A stretch of DNA of 47,980 nucleotides from Pseudomonadales bacterium (lineage in GTDB: Bacteria; Pseudomonadota; Gammaproteobacteria; Pseudomonadales; JAUIET01): positions 1 through 47,980 of the forward strand of contig JBPCXM010000557.1 in NCBI GenBank assembly GCA_051008535.1, read 5' to 3'. A program made the translations under genes and the position numbers. The notes below the pieces were generated by a model. It had not been told where the DNA came from, made no database searches, and worked only from the letters and a program-made list of their open reading frames with translations. Position 1 is the stretch's first letter. Every line of letters begins with the position of its first letter. Positions 20,345 to 30,012 of the stretch are shown in pieces.

Positions 20345-21483
20345 CGCCGCTGATAAGTTTGCGCCTTTGGCTCCTCTGCTTGCATGCTCAGCTTATCGTT
20401 GGCGCTTTCGTAGTTCAGGTTTTCGTCGCCGAGTTTTATCATTAAACGCAGGTCGTTAGTCGAGTCGGCATGGATCAGCGCGTCTTCGTAGGTGATCTCG
20501 CCGTCTTTGAACAGTTCATACAGCGCCTGATCAAAGGTCTGCATTCCCTGCTCGACGGATTTTTTCATCAACTCTTTCAACGAGTGGACTTCGCCTTTGC
20601 GTATCAAGTCCTGCGCTAGCGGCGTATTCAATAGTACCTCTACCACTGCTCGGCGGCCGGTGCCGTCTGCAGTTGGCACCAGCTGCTGCGCGACCATAGC
20701 CCTGAGGTTGAGCGAGAGATCCATCCACAGCTGTCCATGGCGTTCAGGCGGGAAGAAATGCAGTATGCGGTCAAGCGCCTGGTTCGCGTTGTTGGCGTGC
20801 AGTGTACACAGGCACAGGTGGCCTGTTTCGGCGAAGGTAATCGCATGTTCCATGGTTTCTCGAGTGCGCACCTCGCCAATCATGATCACATCGGGCGCCT
20901 GGCGCAGCATGTTTTTCAGCGCGATTTCAAATGTCTCGGTATCGATGCCAACTTCACGCTGGGTGACGATGCAGGAAGCGTGTTGGTGGATATACTCGAT
21001 AGGGTCTTCAACGCTAATGATATGTCCGGTTGAGTTACGGTTGCGGTGACCGATCATCGACGCCAGCGATGTCGACTTACCAGCACCGGTGGCGCCCACA
21101 AATACAATCAGACCGCGCTTGGTCATCGACAAGTCTTTGATGATATCAGGCAAGGACAGGTCTTCAATCGTCGGAATTGTGGTTTCGATGCGACGCAGCA
21201 CCATGCCCATCAGATTACGCTGGTAAAACGCACTGACCCGAAAACGACCGGTGCCGCGCGCACTAATGGCGAAGTTACATTCGTGCTCTTCGATAAAAAC
21301 CTTGCGTTGCTTGTCGTTCATTACGCCAAGTACGGTTTCGCGCACTTTTTCCGGGCTTAATGGCGTCGACGACACCGGTTCGACCTTGCCGTGCACCTTG
21401 ATGCTGGGCGGCACGCCGGCAGTAATAAACAAGTCTGACGCGCCTTTTTCGACCATTAAGGCCAGTAATTTATGTATATCCAC
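20341..21483 (-). CDS. pilU: Type IV pilus retraction ATPase PilU
   Basis: 380 aa. Walker A motif GATGAGKST and PilT-family Asp/His boxes. Immediately downstream of pilT. Confidence 0.9.
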   Translation of the reverse strand: MDIHKLLALMVEKGASDLFITAGVPPSIKVHGKVEPVSSTPLSPEKVRETVLGVMNDKQRKVFIEEHECNFAISARGTGRFRVSAFYQRNLMGMVLRRIETTIPTIEDLSLPDIIKDLSMTKRGLIVFVGATGAGKSTSLASMIGHRNRNSTGHIISVEDPIEYIHQHASCIVTQREVGIDTETFEIALKNMLRQAPDVIMIGEVRTRETMEHAITFAETGHLCLCTLHANNANQALDRILHFFPPERHGQLWMDLSLNLRAMVAQQLVPTADGTGRRAVVEVLLNTPLAQDLIRKGEVHSLKELMKKSVEQGMQTFDQALYELFKDGEITYEDALIHADSTNDLRLMIKLGDENLNYESANDKLSMQAEEPKAQTYQRR

Positions 21484-21510
21484 AGTTGCGAACCTATAAG
21501 TGTTATGGGG

Positions 21511-22545
21511 TTAGAAATTTTCAGGGGTTTTAGCTTTTTCCCTGGCCGCATCGCGGGTAATTAGACGCTTGTCGACCATTTCCTGCAGGCATTGATCGAT
21601 GGTCTGCATGCCTACAGCTGCGCCGGTTTGAATCGCCGAATACATCTGCGCGACTTTATCTTCGCGAATCAGGTTACGAATGGCCGGCGTACCGATCATG
21701 ATTTCGTGCGCGGCGATACGGCCACCACCGACTTTTTTCATGAGAGTCTGAGATATCACCGCCTGCAGCGATTCCGACAACATGGAACGCACCATGGCTT
21801 TTTCTTCGCCGGGGAATACGTCCACAATACGGTCGATGGTTTTAGCCGCCGAGGTGGTGTGCAAAGTGCCAAACACCAAGTGGCCGGTTTCCGCAGCGGT
21901 CAAAGCAAGGCGAATGGTTTCCAGATCACGCAGCTCGCCTACCAGAATTATGTCGGGATCTTCCCGCAGTGCCGAGCGCAGCGCTTCGCTGAAGCCGTGC
22001 GTATCACGGTGCACCTCACGTTGGTTAACCAGGCATTTCTTGCTTTCGTGCACGAATTCGATGGGATCTTCGATGGTGAGAATATGCTCGTATTTGTTTT
22101 CGTTGATAAAGTCCATCATCGCCGCCAGCGTCGTACTCTTGCCCGAGCCGGTAGGGCCAGTAACCAGCACCAGGCCACGTGGCACCATGCTCACGTCACG
22201 AAACACCTGGCCCATGCCAAGGTCTTCCATGCTTAATACCTTGGAGGGAATAGTCCGAAACACGGCGCCAGCGCCGCGATTCTGGTTAAATGAGTTGACC
22301 CGAAAGCGCGCCACGCCCGGTACCTCAAACGAGAAGTCGGTCTCGAGAAATTCTTCGTAATCCTTGCGCTGCTTGTCGTTCATGATCTCGTAAATGAGCT
22401 CATGCACTTCTTTATGCTCCATGGCGGGCAGGTTAATGCGGCGTACGTCACCGTCGACGCGAATCATCGGCGGTAGGCCAGCGGATAAGTGCAAGTCAGA
22501 GGCGCCTTGTTTTGCACTGAAGGCAAGCAGTTCGGTAATGTCCAT
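21511..22545 (-). CDS. pilT: Type IV pilus twitching-motility ATPase PilT
   Basis: 344 aa. GPTGSGKSTTLAAM, ILVGELRDLETI, GHLVFGTLHT and the AIRNLIRE motif. Confidence 0.96.
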   Translation of the reverse strand: MDITELLAFSAKQGASDLHLSAGLPPMIRVDGDVRRINLPAMEHKEVHELIYEIMNDKQRKDYEEFLETDFSFEVPGVARFRVNSFNQNRGAGAVFRTIPSKVLSMEDLGMGQVFRDVSMVPRGLVLVTGPTGSGKSTTLAAMMDFINENKYEHILTIEDPIEFVHESKKCLVNQREVHRDTHGFSEALRSALREDPDIILVGELRDLETIRLALTAAETGHLVFGTLHTTSAAKTIDRIVDVFPGEEKAMVRSMLSESLQAVISQTLMKKVGGGRIAAHEIMIGTPAIRNLIREDKVAQMYSAIQTGAAVGMQTIDQCLQEMVDKRLITRDAAREKAKTPENF

Positions 22546-22658
22546 GATGCTCCTGGTTAACTATTGGTATTACGTATGGAAACGAAGGTTCTAGAAAAAG
22601 CTTAGGCTATAATTGCCAGCTTTGCCGCTTGAATGGGGCGCAGGTTGTAAATCACTCT

Positions 22659-23345
22659 ATGGGCGATATTGCGAACAACTTGGTCGCGGTGCAGTCACGT
22701 GTGACGGCAGCACTGGCGAACACACCAAATCGATCGAATAATGTGCAAATACTGGCAGTGAGCAAGCAGCAGTCAGCCGCCGCGATCCGCACTCTGGCCG
22801 CGCTCGGATTGCGGGATTTTGGCGAGAATTACCTGCAAGAAGCGCTTCCCAAGCAGCAGCAATTGCAAGATCTCGACTTGGTCTGGCACTTTATCGGCCA
22901 TATACAAACCAACAAGAGCCGCCTTGTAGCCCAGCATTTCGACTGGGTGCATAGTGTGGATAGGCTTAAAGTTGCGCATCGGCTCAACGATCAACGCCCC
23001 GCCGAACTTGCAGCGTTGAATATTTGTCTACAGGTCAATATCAGCGAGGAAGAGAGCAAGGCCGGGGTCGCACCTGCTAAGGCAGAGGAGTTGGCGCTGG
23101 CAATCACCGAACTGCCGCACGTAAAATTGCGCGGCTTGATGGCGATTCCGCGCACCGCAAGCGACTACGATCAGCAATTGCAGGCATTTACTCAACTCAA
23201 AGCACTTTTCGATAGCCTTAATGCCAGTGGTTTACAGCTCGACACTTTGTCGATGGGTATGTCGCACGATCTTGAAGCGGCGCTGGCCGCGGGTGCTACA
23301 ATGCTGCGCATCGGCCAGGCGCTGTTTGGTCCACGCGCCGCCTAA
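22659..23345 (+). CDS. yggS: PLP-binding homeostasis protein YggS
   Basis: LAVSKQQS...FGENYLQE...HFIGHIQTNK motifs. I chose the ATG at 22659 (MGDIANNL) over the TTG at 22629 given in the track. Confidence 0.9.
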   Translation: MGDIANNLVAVQSRVTAALANTPNRSNNVQILAVSKQQSAAAIRTLAALGLRDFGENYLQEALPKQQQLQDLDLVWHFIGHIQTNKSRLVAQHFDWVHSVDRLKVAHRLNDQRPAELAALNICLQVNISEEESKAGVAPAKAEELALAITELPHVKLRGLMAIPRTASDYDQQLQAFTQLKALFDSLNASGLQLDTLSMGMSHDLEAALAAGATMLRIGQALFGPRAA

Positions 23346-23377
23346 CAACCCGTTATTCGACTGACAAAAGGTTTTCC

Positions 23378-24199
23378 GTGAATAATACAAAGCTCGCATT
23401 TGTTGGCGCTGGCAATATGGCCGGCGCTTTGATTGGCGGCCTGGTCAAACAAGGCTTTAGTGCCAGCGATATCAATGCCGCTGATCCTTATCAGCCCAGC
23501 CTGGACAATCTGCAAAGTAATTTTGCGATTAACACCAGCGCCGCCAACACAGAGGCAGTCGGTGGAGCGAATGTCGTGGTGCTAGCGGTCAAACCCCAGA
23601 TCTTACAAACGGTAGCCTCTGAGATCGGCGCTCTAGTGCAGCAACAACAGACATTGGTGATTTCAATTGCGGCCGGCATTCCACTAGCCAGCTTGCAAAA
23701 ATGGCTGGGCGCCGACGTAGCAATCGTGCGCTGTATGCCTAACATACCGGCGCTGGTGCAATGCGGCGCCACCGGCTTGTTTGCGAATACCCACGTTAGC
23801 GACGCACAGCGGCAAACCGCAGAACAAATTCTCAATGCTGTCGGGGTGAGCGCCTGGGTTGGCAGCGAATTCGAACTCGATGCAGTGACGGCAGTTTCTG
23901 GCAGCGGTCCGGCATACTTTTTTCTGGTCATGGAAGCCATGCACGAAAGCGCCACAGCCATGGGATTGGACCCTGAGCTAAGCAAGCGATTTATCATGCA
24001 AACGGCATTGGGCGCAGCAAAAATGGCGCAGCAAAGCGATGTTGATCCGGCCGAACTGAGGCGCCGGGTAAGTTCTCCGGGCGGTACAACCGAGCGCGCC
24101 GTCGCCGAACTGGAAGGCGGTGGACTGCGCGAATTATTTAAGATAGCTTTACGCGCGGCCGAACAACGTTCGGTTGAATTAGCGCAACAACTCGACTGA
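23378..24199 (+). CDS. proC: Pyrroline-5-carboxylate reductase
   Basis: 273 aa with a GTG start. LAFVGAGNMAGALIGG Rossmann motif and SPGGTTERAV near the C-terminus. Confidence 0.93.
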   Translation: MNNTKLAFVGAGNMAGALIGGLVKQGFSASDINAADPYQPSLDNLQSNFAINTSAANTEAVGGANVVVLAVKPQILQTVASEIGALVQQQQTLVISIAAGIPLASLQKWLGADVAIVRCMPNIPALVQCGATGLFANTHVSDAQRQTAEQILNAVGVSAWVGSEFELDAVTAVSGSGPAYFFLVMEAMHESATAMGLDPELSKRFIMQTALGAAKMAQQSDVDPAELRRRVSSPGGTTERAVAELEGGGLRELFKIALRAAEQRSVELAQQLD

Positions 24200-24220
24200 A
24201 TCTAAGCGGAGTAGCGACGC

Positions 24221-24808
24221 ATGGGCGTAGTGGCAGACATCGGCACTTTTTTGGTGCAGACCTTGCTGACCTTTTTCTTGATCGCAGTTATCGTGCGCTT
24301 ATTACTGCAGGTTGCGCGTGCGGATTTTTACAATCCAATTTCACAGTTTATTGTCAAGCTGACCAATCCACTGCTACTGCCATTACGGCGATTTATTCCG
24401 GGGCTGGGCGGTATCGACTTCGCCGCTGTGGTGTTGGCTTTGTTGGTTCAATTGTTAGCAACTACCGTGTTGCTCCTGCTGCAAGGCTTCTCCCCCATCA
24501 ACCCGCTGTATATGATTATGTGGGGCTTGATCGGCATTCTCAGTTTAGTTTTAAATATCTATCTCTTTACCGTACTTGCTAGCATCGTGGTAAGTTGGGT
24601 GGCTCCGTATAGTGATCACCCGGCTGTTCTGCTGTTGCGCCAGTTTACCGAACCAGTTATGGCGCCGTTTCGCAAACTTGTGCCCTCCATCGGCGGCATT
24701 GATATCTCGCCCATTCTGTTGTTTATCAGCATTCAGATACTGCAGATTGTTCTCGGTCACGCGGCGCAGGCTGTGTCATTGCCGTCGCGATTTGTATTGG
24801 GTGTGTAA
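24221..24808 (+). CDS. yggT: YggT family integral membrane protein
   Basis: 195 aa with two YGGT repeats (G.IDFSP..L). Follows yggS-proC in conserved order. Confidence 0.85.
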   Translation: MGVVADIGTFLVQTLLTFFLIAVIVRLLLQVARADFYNPISQFIVKLTNPLLLPLRRFIPGLGGIDFAAVVLALLVQLLATTVLLLLQGFSPINPLYMIMWGLIGILSLVLNIYLFTVLASIVVSWVAPYSDHPAVLLLRQFTEPVMAPFRKLVPSIGGIDISPILLFISIQILQIVLGHAAQAVSLPSRFVLGV

Positions 24809-24849
24809 CCATTGAGATCACGGTAGCTGATAAATAACAAACCGATTCG

Positions 24850-26004
24850 ATGCCTGAACAATTCCCCAATGATTCGGTTGGCCTCGTGCAACCAACCACG
24901 CAGCATTTTAAAGAACCTCTTACATTGTTCTGCGGGCACACGCTGCTCGAATATGAACTTATATATGAAACCTACGGCGAACTCAATACGGCCAAAAGCA
25001 ATGCCGTATTGATTTGCCATGCCTTAAGTGGCAACCACCACGTTGCCGGCTACCACCATGTTGAGGATCGCAAACCGGGTTGGTGGGACAGCTGCATTGG
25101 CCCCGGCAAACCGATTGATACCAACGACTTCTTCGTCGTTTGCTCGAATAATATCGGCGGCTGTCATGGGAGTACTGGGCCGTGCAGTAACAACCCGGAA
25201 ACCAATAAAGTTTATGGCCCTGATTTTCCGCCGGTGCGTGCGCGTGACTGGGTCGAATGCCAGGCGCGACTTGCCGACATGTTAGGCATAGAGCAATGGG
25301 CAGCCGTTATTGGTGGCAGTTTGGGGGGCATGCAGGCATTAAGGTGGGCACTGGAACACCCACAGCGGTTGCGCCATGCTGTCGTCATTGCGTCCGCTAT
25401 GAAGCTCACAGCGCAAAATATTGCATTCAATGAAACGGCGCGTCAGGCAATCGTTTCTGATCCAGAGTTCAAAGACGGCCGCTATCTCGAGCACGGTACC
25501 AATCCCAAGCGGGGCCTGGCTATCGCGCGCATGATTGGCCACATCACCTATTTGTCAGACGAGGCGATGGGGAATAAATTTGGCCGCGATTTACGTTCGG
25601 GCAGCTTCGCACCGGGCGAAGACAAAGCAATAGAATTTCAGGTGCAAAGCTACTTGCGCCACCAGGGCGATGTATTCTCGGATAACTTCGACGCCAACAC
25701 TTATCTGCTGATGGCGCGCGCGCTGGACTACTTCGACCTGGCGCGCGAATACGGCGATGACCCAGTGCATGCCTTCAGTCATGCGTTATGCGACTTTATG
25801 CTAATATCTTTCACCAGCGACTGGCGTTTCGCCCCTGAGCGATCGCGCGAAATTTACAACGCTCTGATTGGTGCGCAAAAAGCTGTCAGCTACACCGAAG
25901 TCATCGCCAACGAAGGCCATGACGGATTTCTTCTGCCCATTCCACGCTACCTCGAAGTATTCGCTGCGTATATGCAGAGAGTAAAGAGGTCCAGTGTCCT
26001 GTAA
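24850..26004 (+). CDS. metX: Homoserine O-acyltransferase MetX (acetyl or succinyl specificity cannot be decided from sequence)
   Basis: 384 aa alpha/beta hydrolase. [14 protein letters not shown] and [10 protein letters not shown] nucleophile elbow. Confidence 0.93.
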   Translation: MPEQFPNDSVGLVQPTTQHFKEPLTLFCGHTLLEYELIYETYGELNTAKSNAVLICHALSGNHHVAGYHHVEDRKPGWWDSCIGPGKPIDTNDFFVVCSNNIGGCHGSTGPCSNNPETNKVYGPDFPPVRARDWVECQARLADMLGIEQWAAVIGGSLGGMQALRWALEHPQRLRHAVVIASAMKLTAQNIAFNETARQAIVSDPEFKDGRYLEHGTNPKRGLAIARMIGHITYLSDEAMGNKFGRDLRSGSFAPGEDKAIEFQVQSYLRHQGDVFSDNFDANTYLLMARALDYFDLAREYGDDPVHAFSHALCDFMLISFTSDWRFAPERSREIYNALIGAQKAVSYTEVIANEGHDGFLLPIPRYLEVFAAYMQRVKRSSVL

Positions 26005-26017
26005 TGAATACATTAAC

Positions 26018-26608
26018 ATGAGTACGTCGGCCGATATTATTGAGCGTTGGATTAAACCGAACGCGAGCGTATTGGATCTGGGTTGTGGTGACGGCAGCTT
26101 GTTACGGTTGCTGATGCGAACAAAAAGCGTCAATGGCTACGGCTTGGAAATAGACTACGCCAACATCACCCAGGCCATTGCCAATGGGGTGAATGTGATT
26201 GAACAGAATATCGATGAGGGTTTGGATAATTTCGCCGATGCCAGTTTCGATACGGTCATCATGTCGCAGACACTGCAAGCGATTCACTACCCACACGTGG
26301 CCATGGAGGAAGTATTGCGCATTGGCAAGGAAGGGGTGATCACGTTCCCCAACTTCGCGCACTGGCGTTGCCGCTATTATTTGGGCACGCGTGGCAAGAT
26401 GCCGGTGTCAAAGTTTATGCCCTACTCCTGGTACGATACGCCGAACATTCATTTTTGTACGGTTCGCGACTTTGAAGCGCTATGCGCCGAAAAGTCCATT
26501 CGCATTCTCGATCGTGCGTTCGTCAATATGAAAAACCAAAGTCCCTGGCGGGCAAAACGCTGGCCCAACCTGTTCGCCGTGAATGCAATTTTTCGGATCA
26601 GCAAATGA
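26018..26608 (+). CDS. metW: Methionine biosynthesis protein MetW
   Basis: VLDLGCGDGSLL MTase-like motif. I chose the ATG at 26018, which matches the N-terminal length of Pseudomonas MetW. A GTG at 25994 (GAGG 4 nt upstream, overlapping metX) is an alternative. Confidence 0.9.
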   Translation: MSTSADIIERWIKPNASVLDLGCGDGSLLRLLMRTKSVNGYGLEIDYANITQAIANGVNVIEQNIDEGLDNFADASFDTVIMSQTLQAIHYPHVAMEEVLRIGKEGVITFPNFAHWRCRYYLGTRGKMPVSKFMPYSWYDTPNIHFCTVRDFEALCAEKSIRILDRAFVNMKNQSPWRAKRWPNLFAVNAIFRISK

Positions 26609-27036
26609 AAAGAGCACTGCTGGGCGGTTTCCTGTGGCTTGTGTTGACTAGCTTCGCACATGCCGAACAAATGCAATCGTTTGGGCCCTACGAAGTACAT
26701 TACAGCGTGGTCAACACTCGCCACATTCCGGCGCAGGTTGCGAAAATTTACGACATTGTGCGTGCAGACAATCGCATGCTATTGAACATCGCCGTCAGAA
26801 AACGCGTTGGTGAGCAACAGACAACCGCACAGCTAGCCGAGCTTAAAGGCACACGCAACGATCTGATGCGACCCTACGCCTTAAAATTCACGGAAGTCAA
26901 AGAACAGGACGCCATTTACTACATCAGTGAATTTAAGGTCATTAACGAGGAGTTTTCCCGCTTTAGAATTGATATAAAGGTGAGCGCGGAGGAAAGCTTT
27001 ACGCTGGGGTTCGAAAAAACGATGTACGTCGACTGA
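26605..27036 (+). CDS. Secreted DUF4426-like protein
   Basis: MKRALLGGFLWLVLTSFAHA signal peptide. ATGA overlap with the metW stop. Conserved position between metW and rdgB. The track ORF start at 26482 lies inside metW and was rejected. Confidence 0.7.
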   Translation: MKRALLGGFLWLVLTSFAHAEQMQSFGPYEVHYSVVNTRHIPAQVAKIYDIVRADNRMLLNIAVRKRVGEQQTTAQLAELKGTRNDLMRPYALKFTEVKEQDAIYYISEFKVINEEFSRFRIDIKVSAEESFTLGFEKTMYVD

Positions 27037-27641
27037 TGAGCAATCAACGTGTAGTGCTCGCAAGTTCTAACGCAGGCAAGTTGCGCGAGCTGCAGAGTAT
27101 GCTGGCAGGCAGCAACATAAACGTGTTGCCACAGAGTGAGTTGGGCATTCAGGATGCAGTTGAAGACGGTCTTAGCTTCGCAGAAAACGCGATGATCAAG
27201 GCACGCCACGCGAGCCGCGAGTCTGGTATGCCGGCCATTGCAGATGACTCCGGTTTGGTGGTTGCAGCCTTGCAAGGTGCGCCGGGTATTTACTCGGCGC
27301 GCTACGCCGGCGATGACGCCAACGATAGCGACAATAACGAAAAGTTGCTGAGTGCCATGCAAGGTTTGAGCGCTGATCAGCGTCGCGCCTGTTTTCACTG
27401 TGCGCTAGTTTTTATGCGTCATGCACAAGATCCAATACCCATTATCTGTGAGGGCAGCTGGTACGGTGCAGTATTGCCGGCCGTACAAGGCGACGGCGGC
27501 TTTGGCTATGATCCGCTATTTTTTGTAGCCAGCCACCACTGCTCTTCGGCCGAGTTGCCACGCGATGTTAAGAATAAAATCAGCCATCGCGGCCAGGCTC
27601 TGCGACGGTTAAAAGAGCTCCTCGTACTAGAAGATGATTGA
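27036..27641 (+). CDS. rdgB: dITP/XTP pyrophosphatase (non-canonical NTP house-cleaning enzyme)
   Basis: 201 aa. VLASSNAGKLRE, ADDSGL and FGYDPLF motifs. Confidence 0.93.
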   Translation: MSNQRVVLASSNAGKLRELQSMLAGSNINVLPQSELGIQDAVEDGLSFAENAMIKARHASRESGMPAIADDSGLVVAALQGAPGIYSARYAGDDANDSDNNEKLLSAMQGLSADQRRACFHCALVFMRHAQDPIPIICEGSWYGAVLPAVQGDGGFGYDPLFFVASHHCSSAELPRDVKNKISHRGQALRRLKELLVLEDD

Positions 27642-28779
27642 GCTGCCGCCGCTCAGCGTTTATATCCATTTACCCTGGTGTGCAAAAAAATGTCCCTACT
27701 GCGACTTTAACTCGCACGCCGCGGCAGGCGCGCTACCCGAAGAGGAATACCTTGCAGCACTGAGGCGCGATCTGCACAATGAATTGCCGAGGGTGCAAGA
27801 TCGTTCAATTAACTCCATTTTTGTTGGCGGCGGCACGCCCAGTCTGTTTTCGGTCACCGGCATTGCATCCGTGTTAGATCTATTGCAAACAGAGCTGGCT
27901 ATCGATAGCGACGCAGAAATTACGCTAGAAGCCAATCCGGGCGCGGTCGAACGCGGCAAATTTGCCGGTTTCAAAGCCGCCGGCATCAACCGCATATCGC
28001 TAGGTGCACAAAGCTTTAACGATGACCACTTGCAAACGCTGGGGCGAATTCATGGCGCGGCGGAGGCCAGCGCTGCGATAGAGGCTGTAGTTGCAGCCGG
28101 ATTCGAAAAATGGAACGTAGATTTGATGCACGGTTTGCCTCAGCAAAGTGCCGAGAGCGCTGTGGCCGACCTGCAACGCGCGATCGCCCACGGAGCCACG
28201 CATATTTCCTGGTATCAACTGACGATCGAACCCAATACTCAATTTTATTCAAAGCCGCCTACACTGCCTAGCGAATGCATCTTGACCGCCATGGACGAAC
28301 AAGGACGGCAGTTGCTGCATGAAAACGGATTTGCGCAATACGAGGTGTCCGCCTGGAGTAAGCCGGGTGAGCAAAGCACGCACAATCTCAACTATTGGCA
28401 ATTCGGCGACTATCTCGGCTTGGGCGCGGGCGCGCACGGAAAAGTCAGCGCTACCAAAGAAATTACGCGCTACTGGAAAGTACGGCAGCCGAACGCTTAT
28501 ATGCGAGGCGACGGTGCGATGCTGGCAGGCGAGCGCAAACTAAGCGTAGTAGAACTACCGTTCGAGTTTTTAATGAACGCACTGCGACTGAACGTTGGCT
28601 TTCACAAGACGCTTTTCAAACAACGCACAGGCCTGCCACTGCAGGCTATTAGGGCGCAACTGGAAGATCTAATCGAACGCGAATTGCTGACGTTAGCTGA
28701 AGGACATTTTCAAACCACCCCGCTGGGTCGTCGCTTTTTAGATGACATACTGCAGATTTTCATTGACTCTCAAAAATAA
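27634..28779 (+). CDS. hemW: Radical SAM haem chaperone HemW (HemN-like)
   Basis: 381 aa with the CxxxCxxC cluster motif (HLPWCAKKCPYCDF). 8-nt overlap with rdgB. Confidence 0.9.
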   Translation: MIELPPLSVYIHLPWCAKKCPYCDFNSHAAAGALPEEEYLAALRRDLHNELPRVQDRSINSIFVGGGTPSLFSVTGIASVLDLLQTELAIDSDAEITLEANPGAVERGKFAGFKAAGINRISLGAQSFNDDHLQTLGRIHGAAEASAAIEAVVAAGFEKWNVDLMHGLPQQSAESAVADLQRAIAHGATHISWYQLTIEPNTQFYSKPPTLPSECILTAMDEQGRQLLHENGFAQYEVSAWSKPGEQSTHNLNYWQFGDYLGLGAGAHGKVSATKEITRYWKVRQPNAYMRGDGAMLAGERKLSVVELPFEFLMNALRLNVGFHKTLFKQRTGLPLQAIRAQLEDLIERELLTLAEGHFQTTPLGRRFLDDILQIFIDSQK

Positions 28780-29455
28780 GATCCCACACCCCATGCCCTA
28801 AACGCTGGCCGCGTTGTTCAAACTTGGTGAGTGGCCTGCGCTCGGGTCGCGGTGCAAAGTTATCGGCGCCGGCGCTGTTACGCAATTGCGGATTAGCCTG
28901 CAACACCTGCATGGAATGTTCGGCATAGGGCTGCCAATCGGTTGCTATATGCAAAACACCCTTCGCTGTTAATTTGGAACTTGCCAATGCCACAAAATCC
29001 GGTTGGATGAGGCGGCGTTTATGGTGGCGTTTTTTATGCCAGGGGTCGGGGAAAAAAATTTGAACACAGGTTAGACTACCGTCAGGAATGCATTTTTGCA
29101 GTACATCGAGCGCATCGGCCTTGAAAATGCGAAGATTGATCAGTTTTGCGTGGTCGATCGCTGCCAGAAGTCTACCGACACCGGGCGGGTGCACTTCAAC
29201 CCCAATAAAGTTGCTTTCAGGAGAGGTTCGCGCCATCTGCAACAGCGAGTCGCCCATGCCGAAACCAATTTCAAGCACTGTGTTCGCTTCGCGCTGAAAA
29301 ACACCGGCATAGTCAAGCATGCCATTCTCAAGCTCCAAACCATAACGTGGCCAGTTAGCATTGAAGGCCTTGCGTTGACCATCGGTTATACGACCACCGC
29401 GTAGTACGAAACTGCGAATTGGGCGCCGCTGGGGAGTATTGGTCTCCTCGCTCAT
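28760..29455 (-). CDS. trmB: tRNA (guanine46-N7)-methyltransferase
   Basis: Only the C-terminal 231 aa of the 388-aa track ORF are TrmB-like (MSEETNTPQRRPIRSFVLRGGR...LEIGFGMGDSL...FFPDPWHKKRHHKRR). The ATG at 29455 overlaps the upstream DUF423 stop (ATGA). Confidence 0.92.
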   Translation of the reverse strand: MSEETNTPQRRPIRSFVLRGGRITDGQRKAFNANWPRYGLELENGMLDYAGVFQREANTVLEIGFGMGDSLLQMARTSPESNFIGVEVHPPGVGRLLAAIDHAKLINLRIFKADALDVLQKCIPDGSLTCVQIFFPDPWHKKRHHKRRLIQPDFVALASSKLTAKGVLHIATDWQPYAEHSMQVLQANPQLRNSAGADNFAPRPERRPLTKFEQRGQRLGHGVWDLIFESQ

Positions 29456-29826
29456 GCGTTGCTGTAAACCGCAGACACAAACGCCGCCCAACCCAACAAT
29501 AAGGTCAACCCGCCTAGTGGTGTAATGGCGCCTAACCAACGCAGACCAGTCAGGCTTAGCAAATAAAGTGAGCCGGAAAACACAATGACTCCCATGAGAA
29601 AACAGGCAGCTGACCACTTCAGGCCAGCTGATTGTGGCCAGTGCAACATCAGGGCGGCAGTTAATAATAGTGCCAATGCGTGCGACATATGATATGTAAC
29701 GCCGGTTTGAAACACGGCGAGCATATCGGTCGTGAGGCGGCTTTTTAGTCCGTGCGCGCCGAAAGCACCGAAAGCGACCGCAAGAAAACCCAACACGCCG
29801 CCTGCCAGCAGATAAAATTTTGCCAT
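29452..29826 (-). CDS. DUF423 (YgdD/TMEM256-like) membrane protein
   Basis: 124 aa with four hydrophobic helices (AFGAHG...). Probably translationally coupled to trmB. Confidence 0.8.
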   Translation of the reverse strand: MAKFYLLAGGVLGFLAVAFGAFGAHGLKSRLTTDMLAVFQTGVTYHMSHALALLLTAALMLHWPQSAGLKWSAACFLMGVIVFSGSLYLLSLTGLRWLGAITPLGGLTLLLGWAAFVSAVYSNA

Positions 29827-29909
29827 GGTTTGACTCCGAATGTATCGTCCCTACCGGCGTCCTGCCTATCGGGACATACCGTACATCCTGTACCACCGCC
29901 ATGGATGGC

Positions 29910-29961
29910 GGCAATGTCGAAACCAAGAGTAGGCGCTTTAGGCGATGCCGTACACATTTCG
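29910..29961. repeat. Partial copy (E3) of the E1/E2 repeat family
   Basis: AACCAAGAGTAGGCGCT-TTAGGCGATGC matches the reverse complement of E1 1424-1452 (CACCAAAAGTAGGCGCTCTTAGGCGACGC). It is followed by CACATTTCG, which also occurs in both arms of E2. Confidence 0.55.
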
Positions 29962-29965
29962 ACCA

Positions 29966-29993
29966 TAAAAAAGCCCGCTAGTGCGGGCTTTTG
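29966..29993 (-). terminator. Rho-independent terminator downstream of rpoH
   Basis: AGCCCGC-TAGT-GCGGGCT stem-loop (29972-29989) followed on the minus strand by TTTTTT. It lies 20 nt after the rpoH stop. Confidence 0.85.
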
Positions 29994-30012
29994 TCCAACT
30001 AACGTGAGGAGT

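Noticed and set aside
26482-26604. Upstream extension of the DUF4426 ORF
   Set aside because: It lies inside metW in another frame. The ATG at 26605 begins a classical signal peptide.
29456-29926. N-terminal 157 aa of the 388-aa track ORF 28760-29926
   Set aside because: Only the part from the ATG at 29455 is TrmB-like. The extension overlaps the DUF423 gene in another frame and runs through repeat E3.
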